DNA from: an uncultured Chloroflexia bacterium
GTDB taxonomy: Bacteria; Chloroflexota; Limnocylindria; Limnocylindrales; CSP1-4
Assembly: GCA_963757765.1 (NCBI GenBank)
Contig: CAVWSL010000015.1
Span: 1,922,524 to 1,986,523 of the forward strand
DNA: 64,000 nucleotides
Direction: 5' to 3'
In this document: positions 1 through 9,571 of the stretch, one piece after another
Layout: every line of letters begins with the position of its first letter
Numbering within the stretch: the first letter of the stretch is position 1
Made by a program: the position numbers and the translations under genes
The notes under the pieces: model-generated
Databases searched by the model: none
Told to the model about the DNA's origin: nothing
What the model saw: only the letters and a program-made list of their open reading frames with translations

Positions 1-212
1 GAGTCACCCAGGGAGATGTAGCCGACCGTCTTGCCAGCACCGCTCCCGGCGACCGCGCCGTCGTAGGGGTTCACCTCGACAGGCGCCGCGCTCGCCGCCG
101 GTGAGCCGGAGGCATCCTGAGCAGAAACGGCCGCGGGCGCCATGGTGACCGCCAGCGTCGCCACCCCCAACAGCGCGGCCCAGCGCGAACTCCTCACTCG
201 GGATCGATCCAT
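1..212 (-). CDS. Sugar ABC transporter substrate-binding protein (5' part, runs off the window)
   Basis: Not in the ORF track. Manual translation from ATG 212 (RBS AGGAGGAG upstream) gives MDRSRVRSSRWAALLGVATLAVTMAPAAVSAQDASGSP...VNPY...GSGAGKTVGYISLGDS, paralogous to 4146-5234. Confidence 0.85.
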   Translation of the reverse strand, partial: MDRSRVRSSRWAALLGVATLAVTMAPAAVSAQDASGSPAASAAPVEVNPYDGAVAGSGAGKTVGYISLGD

Positions 213-275
213 CGACTCTGTCTCCTCCTGCACGGGGCCGCGAAGATCGCCCCCACCCTGCGCCGTCCCGCACAG

Positions 276-351
276 CAATCCATTCTGGAAACGATGCCTG
301 CGTCAGCGGAGCCCGACGATAGGCTTGGTTCCGAGCCGGTGTCAAGTCGGT
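276..351 (-). promoter_or_regulatory. Sigma70-type promoter with downstream LacI-like operator (copy 1)
   Basis: TTGACA (345-340), 18 bp spacer, TATCGT (321-316). The block CAATCCATTCTGGAAACG (276-293) is identical to 5271-5288. Confidence 0.7.
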
Positions 352-1541
352 CGCTCGGAACCGGGCGCCCGGGCGGGCTCCGTCAAGACATCAGGGCCGG
401 CGGGGGGAGGCGCTTCGATCACCGGCAATCGCGGCTTGGTGTGTCCCACGCGCTCATAGACCGCGTCCGGGATCGCCTCGAGCGTCTTGTAGACGGTCCA
501 GGTGCACTGCTTGCGGGTCTCGGGCGCATCGGCCGAGCCACCCCACCGAGGTGGATCCACGACACGCACTGGATGTCCCCAGCGCTCCATGGGCAGCTTC
601 TCGAGGGCCAGACAGCAGTGGGCGCAGTAGTAGCAGATGCCCTCCAGGTTCCAGGCCCAGTCATGGCGTTCCTGCGTGACGCCGAACTCGTAGGGCGCCA
701 GCACCCGTGAACCGGTGCCCTCGATGTCGTCACCGCGCATCGATCGACCACCGGAGCCGCACGGCGCGAAGCTGACGACCCACTTGTCGTCGTCCTCCGC
801 GATGCCCAGCGTGCCGTCCCGGTCCGGGCCGCACAGGTGCGCCCGCATCGCCTCCATCACAAGGTAGAGGTTGCGCTCAAGGGTCTCCGGGTACGGTGTC
901 ACACGCGTGTCGAAGACCATGTAGCGTTCCTGGATGTACGGCTCCAGGACCGCTCGATAGCAGTCTTCCAGGCGTGCCTCACCGAACCGATGCGCGACGA
1001 ACGCGAGGACGCCCGCCATCAGGTCCGCGTACCGGTCATGCAGCCGCCGCCAGCCTTCGGACAGGTCCTGCAACAACGGTTCCGCGGCTTCCATCGTGAG
1101 GTCGTACGCGCGGATGCCGCTCGCGACCCGGCCCGCAAGCGCGCCCAGCTCCGCCCAGCGGGCCTCGGGGTCAAGCGGTGCGCCGTCGGGGTAGGCCATC
1201 AGCGCACGCAGGCGCATGATCTCGGCCGTCAGGTCGATCTCGGTCACACCCTGGCCCGTCAGCCAATCGAGGAATCCGGCGGTCCAGACCTTGTAGATGA
1301 GATAGACGACCTTCGCCTCCTCCATGAACGAGTCGACGAGCTGGGCGGCCACCTCGCGCCGGCCCGCCCGCAGCCCGAACACGTCGCCCGCCTCGGCGAG
1401 CGCCTCACGCGCCTTGACCAGCGTCGGGATGGCCTGGTCGGCCCAGCCACCCGCCCGCACACGCTTGCCGATGGCGTTGGACCACTCCAGGTGTGTCACA
1501 GGGCCAGTCACGGCGATCGCTGACGCGCTCCGGCTACGCAC
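342..1541 (-). CDS. Cys-rich hypothetical protein (possible metalloprotein)
   Basis: Long coherent ORF in the operon with motifs HLCGP, PCGSGGR, CYYCAHCC and QCTW. The true start may be GTG 1511. Confidence 0.8.
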   Translation of the reverse strand: MRSRSASAIAVTGPVTHLEWSNAIGKRVRAGGWADQAIPTLVKAREALAEAGDVFGLRAGRREVAAQLVDSFMEEAKVVYLIYKVWTAGFLDWLTGQGVTEIDLTAEIMRLRALMAYPDGAPLDPEARWAELGALAGRVASGIRAYDLTMEAAEPLLQDLSEGWRRLHDRYADLMAGVLAFVAHRFGEARLEDCYRAVLEPYIQERYMVFDTRVTPYPETLERNLYLVMEAMRAHLCGPDRDGTLGIAEDDDKWVVSFAPCGSGGRSMRGDDIEGTGSRVLAPYEFGVTQERHDWAWNLEGICYYCAHCCLALEKLPMERWGHPVRVVDPPRWGGSADAPETRKQCTWTVYKTLEAIPDAVYERVGHTKPRLPVIEAPPPAGPDVLTEPARAPGSERPT

Positions 1542-2616
1542 TGGAAGCCGTCAGGCGGATGCGTAGCTGGTCGAACGCCACGGCCGCCAGCAGCAGTACA
1601 CCCTGCGCCACATCGATCCAGAACGACGGGATCTTGAGTTGGATCAAGCCGTTCCCGAGCACGCCGATGATGAGTACGGCCAGGATCGTGCCCACGATGC
1701 TGCCACGTCCACCAGCCAGGCTGGCCCCTCCGAGGACGACAGCAGTGACCACCGAGAGCTCGAGGCCGAGTCCGGCGTTCACCGAGGCGCCCCCGACCTG
1801 CGACAACAGGATGAGCCCGGAGAGCCCGGCCAGGACAGCGGACAAGAGGAAGCCGACCGCGATCGCGCGGCTGGTCCGGATGCCGGCGAGGCGGGCGGCC
1901 GTCGGGCTGGCGCCTATGGCGTACATGGAGCGCCCGTAGGTCGTATACCGAAGGATGAACCAGAACGCGACGACCACGATGGCAAAGATGTAGACCGGCA
2001 CGGGGATCTCGGCGACCCGGATGATACCCATGCCCCCAAAGCCCTCGACCCGGATGGTCTGGCCGTCGCCCAGGACCTTGGTCAGACCCCGGAAGATGGC
2101 CAGGGTCCCGAGCGTCGTGATGAGGGCATTGATGTGAAGCCTGGTCACGCAAAGGGCGTTGACCACGCCCACCAGCAGGGCCCCGAGCATGGCGAGGACG
2201 AAGGCCACATCGACCGATAGGCCCATCGCGAACGGGGTCTTGGTCACGCCGACCGGTGCCGCGAGGACGGCCATGAGCATCGCCGTGAATCCCGCGATGG
2301 AGCCGACCGAGAGGTCGAACTGGCCGCTGATGAGCAGCAATGTTGCGGGACAGGCCACGATGCCGATGCGCGCGACGTTCTGGAGGATGTTGACCAGATT
2401 GTCGGCGTTGAAGAAGTATGGCGAGGCGATCGAGAAGAAGACGAACAGGATGACGAGCACCACGAACAGGGCCGCGGTCTCGGGCAGCCGAACCCGCGAA
2501 CGCGGCTCCACCCTGCCGGGATCGCCCGATGGGGCCTCCGCCGTGCCGGACCCGGTCGTCAGCGCCTCCGGTGCTGCCCGGCCGATGCCCCCGGCAAGCT
2601 CTTCGTCAGTCACCAC
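1534..2616 (-). CDS. Sugar ABC transporter permease (RbsC-like)
   Basis: Multiple TM segments; FDLSVGS, ITTLGT, YGRSMYAIGASPTAARLAGI, VVLGGASLAGGRG. Confidence 0.95.
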   Translation of the reverse strand: MVTDEELAGGIGRAAPEALTTGSGTAEAPSGDPGRVEPRSRVRLPETAALFVVLVILFVFFSIASPYFFNADNLVNILQNVARIGIVACPATLLLISGQFDLSVGSIAGFTAMLMAVLAAPVGVTKTPFAMGLSVDVAFVLAMLGALLVGVVNALCVTRLHINALITTLGTLAIFRGLTKVLGDGQTIRVEGFGGMGIIRVAEIPVPVYIFAIVVVAFWFILRYTTYGRSMYAIGASPTAARLAGIRTSRAIAVGFLLSAVLAGLSGLILLSQVGGASVNAGLGLELSVVTAVVLGGASLAGGRGSIVGTILAVLIIGVLGNGLIQLKIPSFWIDVAQGVLLLAAVAFDQLRIRLTASSA

Positions 2617-4103
2617 TACCCTCCAGCCGCGGCCAAGAGTTGGCCGGTCGTGATCTCATCGCCGATCAGTTGCGCCACGACGCTTCCCTTCGACATGACG
2701 TATGCGCGGTCGGCCACCTGGACGGCCTCCTCATAGTCGGACGTTATGAGGAGCACGGCGACGCCCTGGCCAGCGAGCTCGCGCAGGGAACGATAGATAT
2801 CCTCGCGGGCCCCGACATCGACGCCACGGGTCGGTTCGATGAGGACCAGGGATCGTGAGTCGCGTTCCAGCCAGCGGGCGAGCAAGACCTTCTGCTGGTT
2901 GCCACCGGAGAGCGTGCCCATCGTTTGTTTGGGGTCGTCCCTGGAACGGATGCTCAATGCGTTCCGCCATCGGCCGAAGGCCTTGGCCTCCACCGCCTCC
3001 GAGATGAGACCCATCCGGGACAGGTTCGGCCAGTTCGCGATCGCCACGTTCTCAGCGATGGGCCGTACGAGGAATGCGCCTCCCGCCTTGCGGTCTGCCG
3101 GCAGGAAGCCGATCCCAGAGGCGATGGCCGCGACGGGGGTGGTCAGGACGGTCGGGACCCCCACGACCTCGAGCGAGCCGGAGGTCAGCGGTCGGAGCCC
3201 GAATGCCGACTCGCCGACCTCCGCAGCGCCTGAACCGAGCTTACCGAACAGCGCGACGACCTCGCCCGGATGGACCTCCAGGTCCACACCCTCGAACGCT
3301 CGACCGTGGCCGGCGGCTCGCCAGGAGAGCACCGCTCGTTCACCACGCGGGCCAAGGGGCGCCGGCCGCCCAACCTCCGCCATGCGACGGCCGATCATGG
3401 CCTCGATCATGGCTCGTCGGTCGGTCGCGGCGACCTCTGTCAGCAGGGACGTGCTGCCGTCGCGCAGCACCTGCACCCGGTCCGCGACCTCGGTCACCTC
3501 GTCCAGGCGATGTGTGATGTAGATGATCGCCACGCCCTGACTGCGCAGCCGACGGATGAAGTCGAACAGCACGCCCGCCTCGTGGTGGGAGAGCGCGGCA
3601 GTCGGTTCATCCAGGATCAGCAGGCGGGCATGGCCGGACAGTGATCGCGCGATCTCCACGATCTGGCGCTCCCCGACCCGGAGGGACCCGACCATGGCCC
3701 GTGGGTCGATGTCGACCTGCAGTTGATCGAGGATCTGCTCGGCCCGATCGTTCATCGCTCGCCAGGACACGAGTCCGCGGCGGTTGGGTATCCGGCCGAG
3801 CGAGATGTTCTCCGCCACAGACAAGGTGCCCGCGTCCTGGAATTCCTGGAAGATGATCGCCACACCCAGGTCGCGGGCCTGACGGGGACTCAGGACCGGA
3901 TACGAGACGCCGTCGACCTCGACCGCCCCCCCATCGGCCTGGTAGTCGCCAGCGATGATCTTGACCATCGTCGACTTGCCGGCACCGTTCTCACCCAGCA
4001 ACGCGAGCACCGAGCCACCAACGGCGTCGAGGTCCACCCCATGGAGGACCTCGACGCCGCCGAAGGATTTCCGGATGTGACGAGCGCGGAGCTCGAAGGT
4101 CAT
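2616..4103 (-). CDS. Sugar ABC transporter ATP-binding protein (RbsA-like, two NBDs)
   Basis: GENGAGKST, LILDEPT, LSGGNQQKV, EPTRGVDVG. Confidence 0.95.
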   Translation of the reverse strand: MTFELRARHIRKSFGGVEVLHGVDLDAVGGSVLALLGENGAGKSTMVKIIAGDYQADGGAVEVDGVSYPVLSPRQARDLGVAIIFQEFQDAGTLSVAENISLGRIPNRRGLVSWRAMNDRAEQILDQLQVDIDPRAMVGSLRVGERQIVEIARSLSGHARLLILDEPTAALSHHEAGVLFDFIRRLRSQGVAIIYITHRLDEVTEVADRVQVLRDGSTSLLTEVAATDRRAMIEAMIGRRMAEVGRPAPLGPRGERAVLSWRAAGHGRAFEGVDLEVHPGEVVALFGKLGSGAAEVGESAFGLRPLTSGSLEVVGVPTVLTTPVAAIASGIGFLPADRKAGGAFLVRPIAENVAIANWPNLSRMGLISEAVEAKAFGRWRNALSIRSRDDPKQTMGTLSGGNQQKVLLARWLERDSRSLVLIEPTRGVDVGAREDIYRSLRELAGQGVAVLLITSDYEEAVQVADRAYVMSKGSVVAQLIGDEITTGQLLAAAGG

Positions 4104-4145
4104 GCGCCCATCGTGGAACTGTGTCCTGACCTGTGCGCCGGCTGG

Positions 4146-5234
4146 TCAGCAGGCCGGGGTGGCGGGATAGATGGTCCGGATGTTCTCCGAGGTCACCAGC
4201 TCGTGCGCCGTGAACAGGTTCGCCGGGACCGTGCCATCGGCACCGTCCGGGGTGACTGCCACGCCCTTGAGGATGTTGACCATGGCTGGGATCGTCGACT
4301 TCCCGTAGCGCTCCGGGAAGTACGCCACCGATGCGATGTAGTTCGGGTTGCAGGCGATGTCCTTCCAGATCGAGGGATCGGTGCCCTGGCCGCTGTAGAA
4401 CAGGTCGCCGTCACGGCCGAGCGTCCGGGCAGCACCTTCTGCGCCGAGGATGCCATCCTCATTGATGGCAACCACGATGATCCGATTGCCCGGCAGTGCC
4501 GGCAGCAGATCGGAGACCTGCTGGAGGGCGGGGTCGGTTCGGTCAGCGCCGTCAAGGACGTGCTCCTTGGCCGGGTCGATGGGGCAGAACTCCTGGAACC
4601 CGTCGCGGTAGCCGCCCATGCGGTCCGTGTTGGCCGCGCCAGCCGCGGTGGACTCAAGCGACACGTACGCCGTGTAGTCGCAATTCCAGTTGTCCTTGGC
4701 GTACTTGCCGATCGCCTCACCGCCCATGCGCCCGGCGGCGCGGTTGTTGGCGCCCATGAAGGCGACCTGACAGGGCGGCTGGATGATGTCGACCGCGATG
4801 GTCGGGACACCGCCGTAGGCCGCGCAGATCTCCGGGGAGCTGTCCTGGAAGACCTGGAAGTTGATGACGCCCTGGGCGCCGAACACCTTCATCTGGTTCG
4901 CGCAGTCGAGTGCTGCTCCCTGGTCGATCTTGCTATCACAGAACAGGTAGTCGACGCCCGCGATACCCGCCTGCTCGGCGATGCTGTCCGAGACCAGCTT
5001 CACGAAGGGCACCGAGTCTCCGAGGGAGATGTAGCCGACCTTCAGGCCTGCCCCACTGCCGGGCGTGGCGCCCGTCTCGAAGTACGGGTTGACGGGCGCC
5101 GGAGCCGCACTGGCCATCGGTGCCGGTGAACCGGATGCGTCCTGGGCCATCGCCGCCGCTGGCGCAAGCACCAGCAGCCCGGTGACCGCCAGCGCCGCAA
5201 GGCGCAAGCGCGACGCGCGCGTACGATCAGACAC
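4146..5234 (-). CDS. Sugar ABC transporter substrate-binding protein
   Basis: GTG 5234 with GAGGAGGAG RBS; signal peptide ending AMA-QD; periplasmic binding protein type I features (NNRAAGRMGG, ASVAYFPERYG). Confidence 0.9.
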   Translation of the reverse strand: MSDRTRASRLRLAALAVTGLLVLAPAAAMAQDASGSPAPMASAAPAPVNPYFETGATPGSGAGLKVGYISLGDSVPFVKLVSDSIAEQAGIAGVDYLFCDSKIDQGAALDCANQMKVFGAQGVINFQVFQDSSPEICAAYGGVPTIAVDIIQPPCQVAFMGANNRAAGRMGGEAIGKYAKDNWNCDYTAYVSLESTAAGAANTDRMGGYRDGFQEFCPIDPAKEHVLDGADRTDPALQQVSDLLPALPGNRIIVVAINEDGILGAEGAARTLGRDGDLFYSGQGTDPSIWKDIACNPNYIASVAYFPERYGKSTIPAMVNILKGVAVTPDGADGTVPANLFTAHELVTSENIRTIYPATPAC

Positions 5235-5270
5235 TCTGGGACTCCTCCTCACCAACGGCCGGCGTGCCCA

Positions 5271-5344
5271 CAATCCATTCTGGAAACGTTCGTCAGCCGT
5301 GTCGCCCGACTCTAGGGTCGGGGTCCATCCGGTGTCAAGTCGGT
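5271..5344 (-). promoter_or_regulatory. Sigma70-type promoter with downstream LacI-like operator (copy 2)
   Basis: TTGACA (5338-5333), 18 bp spacer, TAGAGT (5314-5309). It shares exact 18-bp and 16-bp blocks with 276-351. Confidence 0.7.
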
Positions 5345-5617
5345 GACCCCACGGTGGCGCACACCAATGCCAGGAGCGCTGCCAGCACCCTGCAGGGGCG
5401 GACCTGTCCCGATGCTCACCGGGTGGGCCATCCAGCGATCGTGGCGCTTTACGAGGCACTCGGAGCCACCCAAGGGATCGGGCGCGGTCTTGTTCCTCGG
5501 ATGAGCAACTGGCGCCCGAAACCAGCCTCGATCGCGGGTCGGTGGCCGGGTCGCTCTTGCGATGGGCATCGGGAGGGCTTGGGTCGGCAGAACGAGGACC
5601 GGGCGTCACAGCCCTGC

Positions 5618-6505
5618 TCAGGCCGCGGGGGTGATGGCTCCCCGGAACAGTGGCATGCCCGCCATCCCGATCTCGACCCGCCACAGTCGGCCGTCCATCG
5701 GTGCCGAAGCCGTGAGCTCGGTGATGTCGCCCATGTCGGTGATGATCAGGTCGCCGTCGTGGAAGACGCAGTTGAGGACCGTGCCGCCGGTCTCCAGGAA
5801 GTCCTCGATGATGCCGTCCGGGCGCAGGATGTCCACCCCGCCACCCATGAACGTGGTGACCCACAGGCGGCCGTCAGCGGCGACCTTGAGGCCATCCGGC
5901 ACGTGCCCCTCGGGCAGCTGCGCGATCTGCTCCGACGCGACGCCCGGTCGGCGCCGATAGACGCCCCGGTCATACGACTCGACCCACACGATGCTGCCAT
6001 CCGGCTCGGCGACGATGCCGTTGGGGTACGCCGCGGAGAGCTCCTCGAGGCACTCGCCTGTCCCGTCCGGTTCCAGCGCGAAGACGCGCCCCGGCCTGCG
6101 GTCGTTCGGCAGGTAGTCCGCCGGATCGGTGAAGTAGAGGCGACCGTCAGGACCGAAGGTGAGGTCGTTGGGTGCCTGCAGCGGGATGCCGTCCACCTCG
6201 GTGACCACCGTCTCGACGCGGCCGTCGGGCCACGCCTTCTGGATCGACGGCTCGTTCATCACTGCCGCGCGCCATGCCCCGACCGTGCCGCCGTTCTGGG
6301 TGATGTAGACGGCGCCGTCCGAGCCGAGCATGCAGGCGTTGGGACCACCCCCACAGTCGGCGTATCCATGGATGCCACGCTCGCGCGACCAGGCGATGAT
6401 CTTGCTGGTGTAGGTCTCGACCATGACCACCCGCCCGTCGGGCAGGATGTCCGGGCCCTCCGGGTGACCGAGCCTCCTCGCCAGCGTCTCGATGGGTCTT
6501 CGCAT
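5618..6505 (-). CDS. SMP-30/gluconolactonase/LRE family protein
   Basis: GHPEGP, PNDLTFGPDGRLYFTDP, YPNGI, PDGLKVAADGRLWV beta-propeller motifs. Confidence 0.9.
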   Translation of the reverse strand: MRRPIETLARRLGHPEGPDILPDGRVVMVETYTSKIIAWSRERGIHGYADCGGGPNACMLGSDGAVYITQNGGTVGAWRAAVMNEPSIQKAWPDGRVETVVTEVDGIPLQAPNDLTFGPDGRLYFTDPADYLPNDRRPGRVFALEPDGTGECLEELSAAYPNGIVAEPDGSIVWVESYDRGVYRRRPGVASEQIAQLPEGHVPDGLKVAADGRLWVTTFMGGGVDILRPDGIIEDFLETGGTVLNCVFHDGDLIITDMGDITELTASAPMDGRLWRVEIGMAGMPLFRGAITPAA

Positions 6506-6854
6506 CGGTGCCTCCCCTCGCGCCTGCCCGTCATCCCAGACGCCCCCCGACCATCATCCCACCCCCTCCGGGCACACGAGTCCGCTCGTGGATGCCGGCC
6601 ACCCTGGTCCGGGGTGGGAGACCCGGCGCTGATCGTGGCGTCGTGCTGCCGCATCCAGCCGCACGATGGCACCGCTGGCAGGCAGGGCGAACGCGTCCTG
6701 ATCGCCCGTCCTGCCAGCTCGCGCGCATCGCCGATGCAGACGATCTCGCCGCCTGGTTCGATGCGTTCGAACGGCACGGCGCGGGTCGGGCGGCCGGCGC
6801 GCTGGACGCTGCGTCGTCGCTTGCTCATGACCTCACGGTTCGTCCGGGTGACGT

Positions 6855-7310
6855 CTATGCGCCCGGACGCTTCTGGAACAGCTCCACGGCGTAGCCATCG
6901 GGATCGGCCATGTAGCAGGACCGAGCGCCCATGTTGGGGCCGGCGGTGATGTCCACGACCTGTTCCGACCGGGCGTGGAAGCCGAGCGAGACCAGGTGGG
7001 CGTGCATGGCCTCGACGTCGTCGACATAGAGGCACAGATGGCCGGCACCGTAGTCGCACGGGCGGGACGCGGCCGGCAGGCGCTCGATACCCCGGTACTC
7101 GAGGAGCTCCACGAAGCCGCCCCCCGGGATGCGCAGGTAGACGGCGCGGATCGTGTCGTGGTCAAGGCGCAGCACGGTACGCAGGTACGGGCCGTCGAGG
7201 ACACGGTCGAACTCCTGCTCGAGACCCAGCCCGTCCCGATAGAACCGGAGCGAGACATCCATGTCCCGGACCGTGATACCCCCATGGAAGAACCCGGTGA
7301 TCGCCGCCAC
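6855..7310 (-). CDS. VOC (glyoxalase/epimerase-like) family protein
   Basis: HGGITVRDMDVSLRFYRDGLG, ELLEY, HLCLYVDD, DPDGYAVELFQ. Confidence 0.9.
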   Translation of the reverse strand: MAAITGFFHGGITVRDMDVSLRFYRDGLGLEQEFDRVLDGPYLRTVLRLDHDTIRAVYLRIPGGGFVELLEYRGIERLPAASRPCDYGAGHLCLYVDDVEAMHAHLVSLGFHARSEQVVDITAGPNMGARSCYMADPDGYAVELFQKRPGA

Positions 7311-7407
7311 GACATCCCCTCTGTGCGCTCGCCGCCGCGGCCACGTGGATCCGACGGTCGACCGATGGACACGATACGGGAGACCGGTCGGCGGGAGGTG
7401 CAGGCCG

Positions 7408-7441
7408 TGCTAATATCGTCGTGTCAACAGTCAACACGGAC
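7408..7441 (+). promoter_or_regulatory. Extended -10 promoter and GntR-type operator of the left B6 operon
   Basis: TGcTAATAT (-10 at 7411-7416) followed by TGTCAACAGTCAACA (7422-7436). The 15 bp ACAGTCAACACGGAC is identical to 28277-28291. Confidence 0.7.
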
Positions 7442-7497
7442 CGTCGGCAGAACGCCCAGTCCGGCTGACCTGTGCGACGGAAGCGCGGGAGAGGCGT

Positions 7498-8550
7498 GTG
7501 GCAGGACCGACGACGCTCGGGTTCGGGGTCAACCTCAACAACCGGGAGCCGCTCATCGCGCCCGGATATGGCATCCCGCAGCTCCTGGACCTCTCAGAGA
7601 CGGTCGAGGGCCTCGGCTTCGACTCCGTGTGGGTCGGCGACAGCCTCTTCTCCAAGCCTCGGTACGAGTCGATGGCGCTCCTGTCAGCGCTCTCCCAGCG
7701 CACGAAGCGGGTGAAGCTGGGCACCGCATGCATCGTCACCTCACCCCGTAATCCGCTCTATCTCGCGCTTGAATGGGCGACCCTGGATGTCCTCTCGGGC
7801 GGCCGGACGATCTTCGGGCCCTGCGCCGGCAATCCCGAGCAGGGCGTCCGCCGCGAGTTCGAGGCACTCGGTCTCGACTTCGACAAGCGGTTCTCGATCT
7901 TCGAGGAGGGTCTCGAGATCGTGCGTCAGCTGTGGACAGAGGGAACGGTCAGCCATCACGGGACCCAGTACGACTACCAGGACATCTCGTTCTACTCGGG
8001 CACCGAGATGGGCCCCCTGATGCCCATCCAGCAGCCACCACCGTTCTGGATCGTGTCCAATCCGAGGCTCGTGACGGATGCCGCGGACGAGAAGATGGTG
8101 CGCACCATGAAGACAGCGTGCCGACGGATCCTCAAGTACGGCGACGGCTGGATGACCTGCTGTCGTGCTCAGCATCCGGAAGAGCTGACCGAGCAGCTGG
8201 GTTACCTGCGCGACGTCGCCACCGAGACCGGTGACGACGCGGGCAGGCTGGTCGTGTCCTACCAGGTGACGCTCAACATCGGCGATTCGGAAGCGGACGC
8301 GCGCGAGGCGTTCGGCGACTACATCGGCCAGTACTACCCGGAGTTGTCCAAGGCGACGCGGTTGGACAACTGGGGCCCTGTGGGGTCGCCCGACCAGATC
8401 ATCGAGTGGTTCCGGACCTTCGCGGCGGCGGGGGTCCACCATTTCATCTGCCGCTTCGGCTCGCTCGACCAGTTCGGGCAGGTGGAGCGCTTCGCCCGCG
8501 AGGTGCTGCCAGCACTTCGCGAGGTCCAGCCCGGCCTCAGCCGAGCGTAG
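7498..8550 (+). CDS. LLM-class (luciferase-like) flavin/F420-dependent oxidoreductase
   Basis: VEGLGFDSVWVGDSL, TKRVKLGT, ATLDVLSGGR, REFEALG, PIQQPPPFWI. Confidence 0.9.
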   Translation: MAGPTTLGFGVNLNNREPLIAPGYGIPQLLDLSETVEGLGFDSVWVGDSLFSKPRYESMALLSALSQRTKRVKLGTACIVTSPRNPLYLALEWATLDVLSGGRTIFGPCAGNPEQGVRREFEALGLDFDKRFSIFEEGLEIVRQLWTEGTVSHHGTQYDYQDISFYSGTEMGPLMPIQQPPPFWIVSNPRLVTDAADEKMVRTMKTACRRILKYGDGWMTCCRAQHPEELTEQLGYLRDVATETGDDAGRLVVSYQVTLNIGDSEADAREAFGDYIGQYYPELSKATRLDNWGPVGSPDQIIEWFRTFAAAGVHHFICRFGSLDQFGQVERFAREVLPALREVQPGLSRA

Positions 8551-8563
8551 GGAGGTTCACGCG

Positions 8564-9571
8564 ATGGTGACCCAAGGCAAGCTGCGCGAGCACGCGGAGC
8601 TCATCGTCGACACCTGCTTCACTGTGGAACAGGGGGATGTCGTGACCATCATCACCGACGACGAGCACGCCCACCTCGCCAAGGTGGTCGCGGAGGTGGC
8701 CTCGGAGCGGGGAGGCTGGCCGGTGATCATGAACAATGAGACCCAGGTCGCGCGCGGCCTCGCGGACACGCTGTTCCCGATGGCTCCGCCCAAGAACCTC
8801 CACGACGCGATGCTCGCCGCGGACGAGATCATCATCATGACCAACCTCGAGTGGGCGAACCGCTTCGCGCACGTGAACGCGGTCCGCGAGTCCTGCGCCA
8901 ACAACGTCAAGATCGCATCCGTCGAGGGCGGCATGGGCGACTGGGACATCACGGTCGGGGACATCATCGCCTCGACCGAGCGCGCCGTGGCTGCCATGCA
9001 CAAGCTCGAGGGTGTCAAGACGTGCCGGGTGTGGACACCCGAGGGCACCGACGTGATGGTGTCCATCGAGGAGCGGCCGCCGCTCCAGGTCACGCCCATC
9101 CGCCAGCGTGGCTGGATGATGGGTCCCCTCCCCCTCTGGGGCGAGGTCGCCTACGCGTCGGTCGAGAACAAGACCAACGGGGTCATCGCAGTCACCGGCA
9201 ACATGCTGGGCATCGGCGTGGATGTCGTCTCGTCCCCCATCTACTGGCACGTGAAGGACGGCAAGGTCGTCAAGATCGAGGGCGAGCGCGACGCGAAGGA
9301 GCTGGCGCGGGTCATCGAGGGGGTTCCCAACGTCGACATCGTGGCCGAGTTCGCCTTCGGCACCAGCTCCATCTCGCCGTTCGGCTCGCCGTCGGAGAAG
9401 GGCCGCATCGGCAACGTCCACTTCGCGATGGGCGACAACAAGAACGCATATCCGGGTGGCCAGAACTCCTGCCGGCTGCACCTCGACGGCGTGGTGCGCA
9501 ACGCCACCCTCGAGATCGTGGAGGGCGGCCGGGGCGGCTACATCGTCCGCGACGGCCAGTGGGACGTGTGA
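8564..9571 (+). CDS. Peptidase M29 (aminopeptidase T)/NicX-superfamily metalloenzyme
   Basis: TPEGTDV, GEVAYA, KIEG, AEFAFG, EKGRIGNVHFAMGDN, HLDGV. Confidence 0.8.
   Translation: MVTQGKLREHAELIVDTCFTVEQGDVVTIITDDEHAHLAKVVAEVASERGGWPVIMNNETQVARGLADTLFPMAPPKNLHDAMLAADEIIIMTNLEWANRFAHVNAVRESCANNVKIASVEGGMGDWDITVGDIIASTERAVAAMHKLEGVKTCRVWTPEGTDVMVSIEERPPLQVTPIRQRGWMMGPLPLWGEVAYASVENKTNGVIAVTGNMLGIGVDVVSSPIYWHVKDGKVVKIEGERDAKELARVIEGVPNVDIVAEFAFGTSSISPFGSPSEKGRIGNVHFAMGDNKNAYPGGQNSCRLHLDGVVRNATLEIVEGGRGGYIVRDGQWDV

Noticed and set aside
6508-6830. Possible small gene starting MSKRRRSVQRAGRP (minus strand, weak RBS)
   Set aside because: No recognisable domain, and the frame runs into the next gene. 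It may be a degraded remnant but I cannot support it.
8564-9571. Firm call as nicX (2,5-dihydroxypyridine dioxygenase)
   Set aside because: The ligand pattern (AEFAFG, EK..G.VH, HLD) looks like a dinuclear hydrolase. Kept only as a hypothesis.
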